Below are positions 43,015 to 53,264 of a DNA stretch of 64,000 nucleotides, piece by piece. Origin of the DNA: an uncultured delta proteobacterium (GTDB lineage: Bacteria; Myxococcota_A; Polyangia; Fen-1088); assembly GCA_963755125.1 (NCBI GenBank), contig CAVWIP010000008.1:128001-192000 (forward strand). The letters are read 5' to 3'. The notes beneath the pieces are model-generated. The model was not told the origin of the DNA and did not search any database. It was given only the letters and a program-made list of their open reading frames with translations. Numbering within the stretch: the first letter of the stretch is position 1; each line of letters opens with the position of its first letter. The translations under genes and the position numbers were made by a program.

Positions 43015-43860
43015 ATGTTCAAGATCGTCAAACGAGAGCAGTTTTCCCCTGTCACTTACCTCTGGAAATTGGAGGCGCCTGACATCGCCAAGGCGGCGCA
43101 GCCCGGCCACTTCGTGATCGTCCGTCACGGGGATGGCGGCGAGCGCGTTCCCCTGACCATCGCCGATTTCGATCGCCAGGCCGGAACCATCACCCTGGTC
43201 ATCCAGGCCGTGGGCAAGACGACCACGGCGCTCATGGGTCTGAAGGAAGGCGAGTACCTCGACGATCTCGCGGGTCCGCTTGGTCGCGCGCGTTCCTTCG
43301 ACAAGGTGAAGAAGGTCGTGTGCGTGGGCGGCGGTCTCGGCGTGGCCCCGACCTATCCTCAGTTGCGCCAGTACAAGCAGAACGGCGCCCACACCATCTC
43401 CATCGTCGGCTTCCGGTCCAAGGATCTCATGTTCTGGATCGACCGCTTCAAAGCAGAAAGCGACGAGCTGATCATCGCCACCGACGACGGTTCCTTCGGC
43501 GTGAAGGGCCTGGTCACCGGCCCGCTGCAGGAAGTGCTGGACAGAAATCCAGACCTCGACGAGGTGCTGGCCATCGGGCCCTCCATCATGATGAAGGCCT
43601 GCGTGGCGGTCACCAAACCCCGCGGCGTCAAGACCATCGTCAGTCTCAACCCGGTCATGGTTGACGGCACCGGAATGTGCGGTGGGTGCCGCGTGACCGT
43701 GGGTGGCAAGATGGCCTTTGCCTGCGTGGACGGCCCCGAGTTCGACGGCCTGCAGGTTGACTTCGACGAACTTTTGGCGCGGGCCAAGCGTTTCGACTCG
43801 TTCGAACGCGAGTCGATGCGGCGCCTGCGTGAACAACACCAGTGCCACCTGCCCAAGTAG
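43015..43860 (+). CDS. nfnA: NfnA/SudB-like FAD, [2Fe-2S] subunit
   Basis: ERVPLT, GPLG, GGGLG, DGTGMCGGC...CVDGPEF. Confidence 0.9.
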   Translation: MFKIVKREQFSPVTYLWKLEAPDIAKAAQPGHFVIVRHGDGGERVPLTIADFDRQAGTITLVIQAVGKTTTALMGLKEGEYLDDLAGPLGRARSFDKVKKVVCVGGGLGVAPTYPQLRQYKQNGAHTISIVGFRSKDLMFWIDRFKAESDELIIATDDGSFGVKGLVTGPLQEVLDRNPDLDEVLAIGPSIMMKACVAVTKPRGVKTIVSLNPVMVDGTGMCGGCRVTVGGKMAFACVDGPEFDGLQVDFDELLARAKRFDSFERESMRRLREQHQCHLPK

Positions 43861-43892
43861 TCCAGCCCCCAAGAAACAAGTCAGAGCCCGTA

Positions 43893-45350
43893 ATGGAAGC
43901 ACCAACAAGACCGAAGAAAACCATCAAGACCATCGCCAAGACCAAGACCGCCATGCCGGAACAGGATCCGGCGGTGCGCGCGCGCAACTGGAATGAGGTG
44001 ACGCTGGGCTACACCGAGGACCAGGCGCTTGCCGAGGCGGCCCGATGTATCCAGTGCAAGAATCCCGGTTGCATCGCGGGATGCCCGGTGGCCATCAACA
44101 TTCCGGGTTTCATCCAGGCGATCGAGAACCGCGACTTCCGCAAGGCCTACGACGTCCTGGCCGCTGACAACGTGCTGCCCGCCATCTGCGGCCGCGTCTG
44201 CCCGCAGGAAACGCAATGTGAAGCCGTGTGCATCGTGGGCAACAAGCTGGAACCTGTCGGCATCGGCCGTCTCGAGCGCTTCGTGGGAGACATGGCGCTC
44301 AAGAACGGATGGTCGCTGGCGACTTCGGTCAAGCGGAACGGCCACAAGGCAGCCATGATCGGCAGCGGTCCCGCGTCCATCACCTGCGCCGTGGACCTGG
44401 CACGCGCGGGCGTCGACGTGACCATCTACGAGGCGCTGCACACCGCGGGTGGCGTGCTCAAGTACGGCATCCCGGAATTCCGGCTGCCCAAGAAGCTGAT
44501 TGATCGCGAACTGGAGGCATTGAAAGGCTTGGGGGTCAAAGTGGTGACCAACGCCATCATTGGACGCCTCTTCACCATTCCGCAGCTCATGCAGGAAATG
44601 GGGTACGAAACCGCGTTCATCGGCGTCGGGGCTGGCTACCCGAATCTCATGGGCATTCCGGGCGAAGGGCTCAACGGCATCTTCTCGGCCAACGAGTACC
44701 TGACGCGCGTCAATCTGATGCGCGCCTATCAGCACCCGCAAAGCGACACGCCCACCGGCATGGGCAAAAAGGTGGCGGTGATCGGCGCAGGCAACACCGC
44801 CATGGATGCCTGCCGCGTCTCAATCCGAATGGGCGCCGAAGAAGTCTACTGCGTGTACCGTCGCACCAAGAAGGAAAGCCCGGCGCGCGCCGAGGAAGTC
44901 CACCACGCCGAAGAAGAAGGCGTGAAATTCAACTGGCTCACCGCTCCGGTGCGCATCCTGGGCGATGAGCGCGGCTGGGTTCGGGCCATGGAGTGCATCC
45001 GCATGGAATTGGGCGAGCCGGATGCTTCGGGCCGCGCGCGTCCGGTTCCCGTGAATGGCTCGGAGTTTCTCTTCGAGGTGGACACCATCGTGTACGCCAT
45101 CGGAACCTCGGCCAATCCCATCCTCGCGCAGACCACGCCAGGTCTGAAGCTGAACAAGCGCGGCTACATCGATGTCAGCCCCGACACGCAGATGACCAGC
45201 ATCCCGGGCGTGTTTGCCGGCGGCGACATCGTGACCGGTGGTGCCACGGTCATTCTGGCCATGGGCGCCGGACGCAAAGCTGCACGCGCCATGTTGCAGT
45301 ACATGGGCATCGCAGCGGCTGCCGAGCCCGCGCACCAGACGAAAGGCTAG
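43893..45350 (+). CDS. nfnB: NfnB/SudA (GltD-like) subunit
   Basis: RCIQC..C...CP, GRVCPQETQCE.VC, GSGPA, GIPEFRLP, GAGNTAMD, YRR; adjacent to nfnA; no gltB. Confidence 0.9.
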   Translation: MEAPTRPKKTIKTIAKTKTAMPEQDPAVRARNWNEVTLGYTEDQALAEAARCIQCKNPGCIAGCPVAINIPGFIQAIENRDFRKAYDVLAADNVLPAICGRVCPQETQCEAVCIVGNKLEPVGIGRLERFVGDMALKNGWSLATSVKRNGHKAAMIGSGPASITCAVDLARAGVDVTIYEALHTAGGVLKYGIPEFRLPKKLIDRELEALKGLGVKVVTNAIIGRLFTIPQLMQEMGYETAFIGVGAGYPNLMGIPGEGLNGIFSANEYLTRVNLMRAYQHPQSDTPTGMGKKVAVIGAGNTAMDACRVSIRMGAEEVYCVYRRTKKESPARAEEVHHAEEEGVKFNWLTAPVRILGDERGWVRAMECIRMELGEPDASGRARPVPVNGSEFLFEVDTIVYAIGTSANPILAQTTPGLKLNKRGYIDVSPDTQMTSIPGVFAGGDIVTGGATVILAMGAGRKAARAMLQYMGIAAAAEPAHQTKG

Positions 45351-45351
45351 C

Positions 45352-45484
45352 CGCGTGGGGAGCCGGCGAGCCTTGCTCGCCGCGTACCGTCGCGGGGGGG
45401 TTGGCGAGGCCGAGCGAAGCGAGCGGGGAGGTGGTGGCGGGTTGGGGGGCCGAAGGGCAAAGCGGACCCTTTGAGGGTCCCCAT
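45352..45484. repeat. Dispersed structured intergenic repeat, short copy
   Basis: Reverse complement aligns to 24730-24928; lies between two convergent stop codons. Confidence 0.85.
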
Positions 45485-45485
45485 G

Positions 45486-45716
45486 TCAACGCTCGGCGTC
45501 TTTGCTGCCGACGACGGTCAAGTTCAGGCCGACCTGCACACTGAGCGGCTTGCCGTCAACGGCCACGCTGATCTTGCCGTTGAAGAACCAGCCGAATGAG
45601 CCGGTCGAGAACTCCTTCTTGTCGGCCACCAGTTCCTGGCCGTTGATGACCAGCTTGATGGGCTCGGCTTTCTCAATAAAGTGCGTCTTGGAAGTCGGGC
45701 AGGCTGACTTTGCCAT
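45486..45716 (-). CDS. Small conserved hypothetical protein (beta-rich)
   Basis: KEFSTGSFGWFFNGK...VQVGLNLTVVGSK; strongly biased codon usage. Confidence 0.8.
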   Translation of the reverse strand: MAKSACPTSKTHFIEKAEPIKLVINGQELVADKKEFSTGSFGWFFNGKISVAVDGKPLSVQVGLNLTVVGSKDAER

Positions 45717-45743
45717 GGTGCCGATACCGTAACACAATTCCCG

Positions 45744-45759
45744 TGCAAGGCCTCTGCCT
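45744..45759 (-). promoter_or_regulatory. Possible sigma-54 -24/-12 promoter
   Basis: AGGCAGAGGCCTTGCA (GG-N10-GC) on the minus strand ~28 bp before the 45716 ATG. Confidence 0.3.
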
Positions 45760-45839
45760 GCAGGCTTGCGGACACGAAAGCAGCAGGCCTTTCAAAGTGG
45801 TAAAGTTGAATTTGCGATCGCAGCGAAAGTGAGGAAGCA

Positions 45840-46583
45840 ATGAACGCAACAACGATGAAGGTACTCATCGGCGCAATAGCCCTTGCCGCCGTGGCCTGCG
45901 TCACCGAGACGACCGTCTCCCAGCCCTTGTCCGATCCGCAATCCGCCGCTCTTCAGACGCCGGCGGCTGCGCCCTACCCGATCCCGGCCGCCGATCCCAA
46001 GGGCATGGTCTATGTCATGTCTTTCGGTGGGGAGCCAATGCCTACGCCGTCCGGGACGCGGGGCTTCTATCTTCACCTGCGCATCGCAGCCGAGAACCGC
46101 TCTGATGCAGTTGCCTGGACCATCAAGGCCCACGATCAGGCGGTGAGCCTGGGCGCCTCTCCTGTGCAGGCGACCTATGCGCAAAGCTCGAGCGGTGGTC
46201 CGGTGCTCACCGTGGCCCAGGGCCAACATGGCACCTTGGATGTCTTCTATCCCCTGCCGCCCCAGGGCAGTCCGGGACAGACAATCCTGGCCTGGCAGGT
46301 TCACCGCGGCAGCGAACCAGTCACCGGGGTCACGCCGTTCGAACTGGTGCCCAATCAGTCACCCGAATACGTCGACTACCAGCCCGCTGGTGTCGCGGTC
46401 GAAACCTGGCCGGCCTGGTGGTGGGGCGTGGGGTTCTATCCCTGGCTTTGGGGCCCCGGCTGGGGGTACTACCCTTACTGGGGGGTGGGATACCTCCACG
46501 GGGGCGGCTGGCGTGGACCCGCTGCTCCCGCCCGTTCATTCGGTGGCGGCTTCAGGGGTGGCGGACGCGGACATCACCGCTGA
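45840..46583 (+). CDS. Lipoprotein with a Gly/Trp/Tyr-rich C-terminal tail
   Basis: Lipobox AVAC; beta domain; WPAWWWGVGFYPW...GGGFRGGGRGHHR. Confidence 0.8.
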   Translation: MNATTMKVLIGAIALAAVACVTETTVSQPLSDPQSAALQTPAAAPYPIPAADPKGMVYVMSFGGEPMPTPSGTRGFYLHLRIAAENRSDAVAWTIKAHDQAVSLGASPVQATYAQSSSGGPVLTVAQGQHGTLDVFYPLPPQGSPGQTILAWQVHRGSEPVTGVTPFELVPNQSPEYVDYQPAGVAVETWPAWWWGVGFYPWLWGPGWGYYPYWGVGYLHGGGWRGPAAPARSFGGGFRGGGRGHHR

Positions 46584-46736
46584 CGGTGATCGCTCTGGCC
46601 ACGGCCGCGAGCACCCGTTTCGGGGGCTTTCCGCGCGTACTCCGCAGGTGCCCGGGGCGGCCGCGACCTTCTGCCACTATCGCACGATTGTCGGAGAGGG
46701 CTCGCCTTGCGCGGGAGATGGGGGATAATTCCGGCC

Positions 46737-47951
46737 ATGGCGCAAGATCGGCGTAGCCGACGGAGAATCCACGCGACCCGAGCCTCGTCCGCAGCTAGTG
46801 CCCTGCGTGCGTCCAGAGGAAGGCAAGCGCCCACGGTGCAGGATCAGCCGCAGTCCGCACTGAGCGCAGATCTCGAACGGCAAGCCCTGCTCGCCGCCAC
46901 TTCCGAGGGCATGGTCGTACTGGCTGCCGACGGGGCGGTAGCCAGCGCCAACCTCAAGGCCAGATCGATGCTCGGCCTGACCGACGAGGACGTCGGGCAG
47001 TCGGTGCGCGATGTCTTGGCGCGTACCCTTTTCGCCGGAACCGACGGTGTGCCGCTGCCAGTGGAGTGTTGGCCTGGGCTGCGGGCCTTGCGCGGAGAGG
47101 CCGTGCGCAACCTGGACATCGGCATCCATCGCGACGGCCGCACGACGTGGTTGTCGACCAGCGCAGTGCCCATCGTGCTGCCCGGGGGCGCTTGCGGCGG
47201 AGCCGCGGTGACCTTGTCTGACGTCACCTTGCTGCGCACCCTGGAGCAGCACCACGAGCAGATGATCCGCCTGGTGTCGCACGACATCCGCAACCCGCTC
47301 ACCTCGGTTCATCTGAACGCCCAACTTCTGCAAAAAGCGCTAGGCGAGCGGGGCCTGGAGAAGGAGCAGCGCTTTGCCTCGGTCGTGATCGCAGCGGCGC
47401 GGCGTCTGGATGCGATGATCGAAGAACTGGTCGACTCGTCCCGCGTTCGCTCGGGCCAGGTCAGACTTGAGCTGCGCCCGGTCGCGATCGAGCGCCTGGT
47501 GCCCGAGATCCTGGCGCGCAACGCCTGCACCCTTGACACCACCCGGGTCAGGCTTGCACTTCCTGATGGGCCAGTCCTGATCACCGCCGACATCGCTCGT
47601 CTGGAACGCGTGCTCATCAGCCTGCTCCTGATCGCGCTGCAGAATTGCGCAGACGGTGCAGAAGTTGCGTTGCGGGTAGCCCTGGCAGATGACGAGGTTC
47701 GCTTCGCCGTGGTCGTTCCTGGCCGAATCCATGCCGGCGCCGAGCCGCCCAGTCCGCCCAGCAGCCAGCTTGGCCAGATGAAAACCGATCACGGCTACGG
47801 GATGGGACTCTTCGTCGCACGCATGCTGGTGGAACGACATGGCGGCCGGCTTTGGGTTGAGAGTGCGCCCGATCGCCGGGCCACGCTCCACTTCGCGCTT
47901 CCCGTGGGAGGCCCCGAAGGCGAAGACCCTCGGTCGGCCTCGATCGCATAA
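46737..47951 (+). CDS. PAS sensor histidine kinase with degenerate ATPase domain (start may be GTG 46836)
   Basis: PAS, SHDIRNPL, GYGMGL, HGGRLWVES; N box and DxGxG box missing. Confidence 0.8.
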   Translation: MAQDRRSRRRIHATRASSAASALRASRGRQAPTVQDQPQSALSADLERQALLAATSEGMVVLAADGAVASANLKARSMLGLTDEDVGQSVRDVLARTLFAGTDGVPLPVECWPGLRALRGEAVRNLDIGIHRDGRTTWLSTSAVPIVLPGGACGGAAVTLSDVTLLRTLEQHHEQMIRLVSHDIRNPLTSVHLNAQLLQKALGERGLEKEQRFASVVIAAARRLDAMIEELVDSSRVRSGQVRLELRPVAIERLVPEILARNACTLDTTRVRLALPDGPVLITADIARLERVLISLLLIALQNCADGAEVALRVALADDEVRFAVVVPGRIHAGAEPPSPPSSQLGQMKTDHGYGMGLFVARMLVERHGGRLWVESAPDRRATLHFALPVGGPEGEDPRSASIA

Positions 47952-48123
47952 GAGCACGGACCGCGATGTCACTTTACATACGGCCGACAAGGCCAGCGGC
48001 GCAGGTCGCGTGGGCGCAGGCGAGCTTTGCTTGCCGGAGCCCGTCGCGGGAGGTGCGGAACCCTTCCAGGGTTCTGCAGTGTATCGTCGGCCTTCGGTGA
48101 ATCGAAGGACTGATGAGGGAATG

Positions 48124-49470
<1,347 letters not shown>

Positions 49471-49630
49471 CTTCTAGATCCCGGCCGAGTATGCCCTCGA
49501 ACAGGCGGAAAGGTGTGGTCAATTCTCTGCGGGGGGACACCAAGACGAGTACCGTGCCTCCTGCGCTTCATTTGAGATGTCCAGATGACCTCATGGGGTG
49601 CAATCAGCGCGTCAAAATGTTCCCATCCCG

Positions 49631-49664
49631 TGTCACGCGACAGGGGAAGATTACGAACCCGTAA
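49631..49664. promoter_or_regulatory. Pair of palindromes, candidate upstream activator sites
   Basis: TGTCACGCGACA (49631-49642) and TTACGAACCCGTAA (49651-49664), centres 21 bp apart. Confidence 0.45.
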
Positions 49665-49714
49665 CGCCGGTTAGCTCCATCCCGATGATTCTCGCACTCT
49701 CTCCCCCCTTCCGG

Positions 49715-49730
49715 TGGCACAGCGTTTGAA
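49715..49730 (+). promoter_or_regulatory. Sigma-54 -24/-12 promoter
   Basis: TGGCACAGCGTTTGAA: perfect -24 element; -12 TTGA variant. Confidence 0.55.
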
Positions 49731-50037
49731 TAGCCTGGGCATGGGTTTGGGAGGGATAGGGGGCGCGCTCGGTGGTGGGGTCTGCGAAGGGGGTACTGTG
49801 TGTCGGTGGGCAGACCGGGGGACCGGATGGGCGGCGTTGGTGGCGTGACAGAGGGAGTGCCGCGGGGGAAATGAGGCGAAAGCTTCAGCATGGTGGCGGA
49901 GTGGCTGACTGGGCCAGTTTCTGGGGGGACAATCTGGATTGCTTGGCAGCGGTCAGCGCTCCGTCACCATGCAGGGGTGGTTCTGAGAACATTCTCTCCA
50001 GATGAATCCACCCTGGCCGCTTCAGCCGCGGCTTACC

Positions 50038-50580
50038 CTATGCCGCGAGTCGTTCGCGTAGCTGCGCCCGCGCTCGGCACATGCGGGTGCGTGCGGCCTG
50101 ACTGGTGATTCCCAGCGAGCGAGCCGCATCTGGAAGAGCCACTTCCTCGAACACGCAAAGCTGGACGACGTCGCGATAGGCACGGGGCAACTGGGCGACG
50201 GCTGCCTGCAGCCGGAAACGGTCCTCCCGGTCCTCCAGCCGAGCCACCGGCGTGGGACTCGGATCCGCCAGGAACCCGACGACATCTCCCTGTCCGGACT
50301 GGTCGTTGGCGGAAACGCGCTCGCTGGCACGTCGCCGCCGGCGTGCCCGCATGAGCGCCGCATTGACCGCCACCCGGTGCAGCCATGTGCTCACCAGGGA
50401 TTTCGCGCGAAACGATCCCGACCCGCGCAAAGCTTGCTCGACCGCGTCGTGGGCGGCGTCCTCGGCCTCGGTCCCATCGCGCAGAATCGAGAGCGCCACA
50501 TGAACCAGCCGCTCGCGCGACTGCCGGCTGGAAAGCTCGACGGATACGGGATTGCTGGTCCGAATGTTGTGGGTGCTCAT
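50038..50580 (-). CDS. ECF RNA polymerase sigma factor
   Basis: Region 2 (AEDAAHD...STWLHRVAVN) and region 4 (LPRAYR...SLGIT..AARTRMCRAR). Confidence 0.9.
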   Translation of the reverse strand: MSTHNIRTSNPVSVELSSRQSRERLVHVALSILRDGTEAEDAAHDAVEQALRGSGSFRAKSLVSTWLHRVAVNAALMRARRRRRASERVSANDQSGQGDVVGFLADPSPTPVARLEDREDRFRLQAAVAQLPRAYRDVVQLCVFEEVALPDAARSLGITSQAARTRMCRARAQLRERLAA

Positions 50581-50655
50581 GGCAATTTGGCCTTCTCCGC
50601 GCTCGCTGGTGCGGTCCCAGGATTCACTCCCTGGTCCGTGTCTCGGGTCCGCTCA

Positions 50656-50672
50656 TGCCATCGGCGTGCCAA
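50656..50672 (-). promoter_or_regulatory. Sigma-54 -24/-12 promoter upstream of the ECF sigma
   Basis: TTGGCACGCCGATGGCA (GG-N10-GC) on the minus strand ~75 bp before the ATG. Confidence 0.55.
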
Positions 50673-50861
50673 GTGTCTTGGAGCGCCCCATGGCGCTCCT
50701 CGCTTGGCTACCGGGTGTTCGCGACTGGTTCGCGCCTCGCGATGACGCGACTTGGCATACGCAAGCCAACGCGTGATTTCTTCCTGCCACGCGCCCAGCG
50801 CCCACTGGATAGAAACGATGGACTGCTCCGAGCGGACTTGCCGCTGCGGCCGCGACGTCGC

Positions 50862-52244
50862 CTACTCGTCGAGCTTGCTTCCCGCGCTACTGCCGGCGGT
50901 CTCGGCGTTGCAGAAGTTCTGTTTCTTGATCATGGGCGGCGGATTGGCACGCTCGCGACGCGCGCGAGCCAGACGATTGACGAACGCCTTGTGGACCCGC
51001 TCGCCGCGTTTCTCCAGCGCGGCCACCATCTGCTTCCAGGCGACGGCGTCGCTTGCCGACGCGGAGTCTTCCGTCGAGGGCGCGGAAGGCTCGGGAGCCA
51101 GCGCCGCCAGTGCCGCCAGGTCTTCCAGCACACCCGGATCGAACTTGGCATCAGCGCACGCGGCAGTCAGCGTCGGGACCAGCACGCTGTCCCGGAACTC
51201 CGCCAGATCGTCGGCGTCGACCTGACACCAGAGCAGGCGCGCGTGCAACTGGGCCAACGCCGTGCCGGTCTCGTTGCGCGGCCCCGTCAGCAAGCGCTTG
51301 AAGACGTCGTTGTAGTCACCCTGGGCCTCGCCGTAGGAACTCAGCATGGCTTGCATCAGCTTGGCCCGGCATTCGGGATCACAGGAACGGCCGAACATGT
51401 AGCCGGCCAGCCAGTGACGTCGCTCGGCGTGGAACTTTTTCAGCATATCTTCCTCGGCCGAGGTCACCATCTCTCCCGTCCGCGCCGTGGCCAGCACCAG
51501 CGCAGCCACCAGATGCGCGCCGGGGGAGAATTCCTCGAAGCGCTCGATGTCCTTCCATTGGCGCCGCTCATAGAGGTTCTGCAGGTAGGTCTCGAACAGC
51601 CACGCCATCTTGGTCGGGTGCGCTTGCACCAAACGCTCCTCGCGCAGCAGTCCCATCGGTCCTTTCTGGATCTCGCCGTTGGCGATGGAGGCTTCCAGCT
51701 CGTCGGCCACGAGCTGCGCGATGGCCTCGGAGCGGTCCGCCAGCTTGTCGTCCTTGCAAATCTCCGCCCGCTTCTCCACCCCGAAGCGCTGCATGCAAGT
51801 CAGCACAAAGGCTTGTTCGAGCTGGGTGTAGTTCTTGCTCGCGGTGCCGGCCAGCACGACACGCATGTAGGTCGGATTGTCGCGGCCCAATTCCAGCGCG
51901 TAGGAAACCGCCAGTTCCGGGTCGAGGATGTTTCCCCTGGTGAGCGAGAGCAGTACGCCGAAGCGCTGGTCTGCGGTTTGCGGTCCCTGTTGCGACAGGA
52001 CCGAGAGGTTCTTGCCGAGAATCTCGGCGCGGGCGATGCGCCAGTCGTTGTCCGCCTTGGTCCGCGCGATGGCTTGCTCGCTGGCTTGCTGGCGCTCGGC
52101 GTTCTGCGCCTGGCGGAACTGCCAGATGGACGTGGCCACCAAGCCAGCCACGCCGATGACGAAGCTGGAAAGGAACCCGTGGTAGTTCTGGATGAACCGC
52201 CCCAGGCGCGAAGTGTTGTCGGGCGCAGCAGGTGTCTCGGCCAT
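50862..52244 (-). CDS. Hypothetical membrane-anchored helical protein
   Basis: N-terminal TM, coiled coil, helical body, several Cys; strong codon bias. Confidence 0.8.
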   Translation of the reverse strand: MAETPAAPDNTSRLGRFIQNYHGFLSSFVIGVAGLVATSIWQFRQAQNAERQQASEQAIARTKADNDWRIARAEILGKNLSVLSQQGPQTADQRFGVLLSLTRGNILDPELAVSYALELGRDNPTYMRVVLAGTASKNYTQLEQAFVLTCMQRFGVEKRAEICKDDKLADRSEAIAQLVADELEASIANGEIQKGPMGLLREERLVQAHPTKMAWLFETYLQNLYERRQWKDIERFEEFSPGAHLVAALVLATARTGEMVTSAEEDMLKKFHAERRHWLAGYMFGRSCDPECRAKLMQAMLSSYGEAQGDYNDVFKRLLTGPRNETGTALAQLHARLLWCQVDADDLAEFRDSVLVPTLTAACADAKFDPGVLEDLAALAALAPEPSAPSTEDSASASDAVAWKQMVAALEKRGERVHKAFVNRLARARRERANPPPMIKKQNFCNAETAGSSAGSKLDE

Positions 52245-52363
52245 GGCCAGAGCATACTCCTGCTTGGCTTTCGCGGATCCGTGTCGTTTGTCCCATCAGC
52301 CAGATCGCGACCTGGATTTGTGTTACGGTTTTGCCGCCCGCTCGGGGCGCCAAGGAGTCGACC

Positions 52364-53251
52364 ATGCCGGAAGCTGACGTCACCACCAAGAAGGACAAAG
52401 AATTCCACACAGACGTCCCGCAAGAGAGCCGGAGCTTCTTCCTCAAGGGATCGAACGCCCACGACTGGGGCATGAACAACCGCCTGGCCCGCATCTTCAA
52501 CCCGCAATCCGGCAAAACCGTGATGCTGGCCTTTGACCACGGCTACTTTCAAGGCCCCACCACCGGCCTCGAACGCGTCGACGTCACCATCTTGCCGCTG
52601 GCACCGTACGCCGACGCGCTGATGCTGACCCGGGGAATCCTGCGCAGTGTGATTCCGCCTGCCCTGACCAACGCCGTGGTCATGCGCGCCAGCGGCGGCC
52701 CCAGCATCCTCAAGGAACTCTCCAACGAGCAGATCGCTTGCAGCATGGAAGACGCCGTCCGCATGAATGTCTCGGCGGTCGCGGTACAGGTTTTCATCGG
52801 CGGCGAATTCGAAACCCAGTCGGTCGCCAACATGACCAGGCTGGTAGACGAGGGCAATCGCTACGGCATCCCGGTGCTCGCCGTGACCGCGGTGGGGAAG
52901 GACCTGGCGCGCGACGCGAAGTACATGCGCCTGGCCAGCCGAATCTGCGCCGAGCTGGGCGCCGCGTTCGTGAAGACCTACTACGTGCCCGAGGATTTCG
53001 AGACCGTGACCGCGTCGTGCCCGGTGCCCATCGTGATCGCCGGCGGCAAGAAGCTGCCGGAATTGGAGGCGCTGTGCATGGCCCATGATGCCATCTCGCA
53101 AGGCGCAACCGGCGTCGACATGGGCCGCAACATCTTCCAGGCCGAGGCGCCGGTCGCCATGATCCAAGCCGTGCGCAAGGTGGTTCACGAGAACATGAGC
53201 CCGCAGCACGCCTTCGATTTCTACCAGAGCACCAAGAACCAGAAGCGCTAA
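52364..53251 (+). CDS. lsrF: LsrF-type thiolase (DhnA-family class I aldolase fold)
   Basis: [48 protein letters not shown]. Confidence 0.93.
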   Translation: MPEADVTTKKDKEFHTDVPQESRSFFLKGSNAHDWGMNNRLARIFNPQSGKTVMLAFDHGYFQGPTTGLERVDVTILPLAPYADALMLTRGILRSVIPPALTNAVVMRASGGPSILKELSNEQIACSMEDAVRMNVSAVAVQVFIGGEFETQSVANMTRLVDEGNRYGIPVLAVTAVGKDLARDAKYMRLASRICAELGAAFVKTYYVPEDFETVTASCPVPIVIAGGKKLPELEALCMAHDAISQGATGVDMGRNIFQAEAPVAMIQAVRKVVHENMSPQHAFDFYQSTKNQKR

Positions 53252-53264
53252 CGTTCCATCGCGC

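Noticed and set aside
35555..43908. Very long alternative ORFs (35555-37900 +, 37941-40208 -, 41794-43908 -)
   Set aside because: Antisense shadows of well-supported genes, expected from high-GC codon bias; no motifs
43893..45350. Glutamate synthase
   Set aside because: No large subunit; paired with an NfnA-type gene
50385..52475. 696-aa plus-strand ORF
   Set aside because: Antisense to the ECF sigma and the 460-aa gene, which has the proper codon bias
52364..53251. AI-2 quorum-sensing system
   Set aside because: Only lsrF is present in the window
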